NCBI GenBank assembly: GCA_039190745.1
Contig: JBCCXZ010000017.1
Location: 1-58,238 of the forward strand
DNA: 58,238 nt
Origin: Planctomycetota bacterium
GTDB lineage: Bacteria > Planctomycetota > Planctomycetia > Pirellulales > Lacipirellulaceae
Direction of reading: 5' to 3'
Part shown: piece by piece, positions 57,821-58,238 of the stretch
Layout: each line of letters opens with the position of its first letter
How positions within the stretch are numbered: position 1 is the first letter of the stretch
Made by a program: the position numbers and the translations under genes
The notes under the pieces: generated by a model
Seen by the model: only the letters and a program-made list of their open reading frames with translations
Told to the model about the DNA's origin: nothing
The model's database searches: none

Positions 57821-58238
57821 ATGTCTGTTGCTGATACTGTTGGTTTTGCCGGTCGTCTTCCGCTGTTGCGGCCGGCCGTTTTTGCCGTTGTAGGTTTACT
57901 GTTGATCGGGTTGCTTGCCGTTGAGGCCGAGGCGAACTCGCGTGCGGGGCCTTGCCCGGTGCAGACGCCGGGGCCGACGACGCTGCCCGAGCCGGAGGTG
58001 ACCTTCATACCGAGCCCGAGCTTCGGGCAGCGGAACGCGCTGACCCGCGTGGACAGCATTGTCATGCACACGACCGAGATCAACCTTTCCGGGACGATCG
58101 ATATCTTTGAGAACCGTCTGAACAGCGTCAGCTCACACTACGTGATCGATGGCGGCGGAGCCATCTACCCGATGGTTGAGTTAGAGGATTCGGCGTACCA
58201 CGCGACCTACTACAACTCGCGTTCGATCGGGATCGAGA
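57821..58238 (+). CDS. N-acetylmuramoyl-L-alanine amidase (Amidase_2/AmpD-like), 3'-partial
   Basis: Manual translation (absent from the ORF track because there is no stop): signal/TM, PSPSFG, IVMHTT, VSSHYVID, MV..EDSAYHA..YNSRSIGIE. Confidence 0.88.
   Translation, partial: MSVADTVGFAGRLPLLRPAVFAVVGLLLIGLLAVEAEANSRAGPCPVQTPGPTTLPEPEVTFIPSPSFGQRNALTRVDSIVMHTTEINLSGTIDIFENRLNSVSSHYVIDGGGAIYPMVELEDSAYHATYYNSRSIGIE

Overview
High-GC chromosomal window, very probably from a planctomycete (Pirellulales/Lacipirellulaceae-like), judged from DUF1559, DUF1570, TIGR03009-like, PEP-CTERM and 'LEERRVLA' extracellular proteins. Left to right: a decayed tRNA-Lys(CTT)-integrated element (IS5 fragment, 78-bp IS3-like scar, truncated integrase); an ergothioneine operon (egtD, ABC transporter, DUF427, egtB, flavodoxin-like); nhaR followed by ABC/HlyD/TolC exporter genes; trpC; a sigma54 module with two small paralogous basic proteins; lpxD-lpxI; hsp20 with a sigma54-type promoter; a mirror-symmetric Cys-rich repeat protein; cysD-[GxxExxY pseudogene]-cysNC; an ECF sigma/anti-sigma pair; ldhA, ychF and other housekeeping genes; a 1476-aa mosaic CSLREA protein; and a partial amidase. 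The most unexplained signals are (1) two homologous non-coding cassettes (promoter-like motif, boxA-like motif, variable spacer, conserved 142-bp block) lying in inverted orientation 8.4 kb apart with no rRNA or ORF behind them, and (2) the sigma54 activator / pseudo-receiver / twin G[IM]HxRRxxxxxW small-protein module. All calls come from reading motifs by eye; no searches were run.
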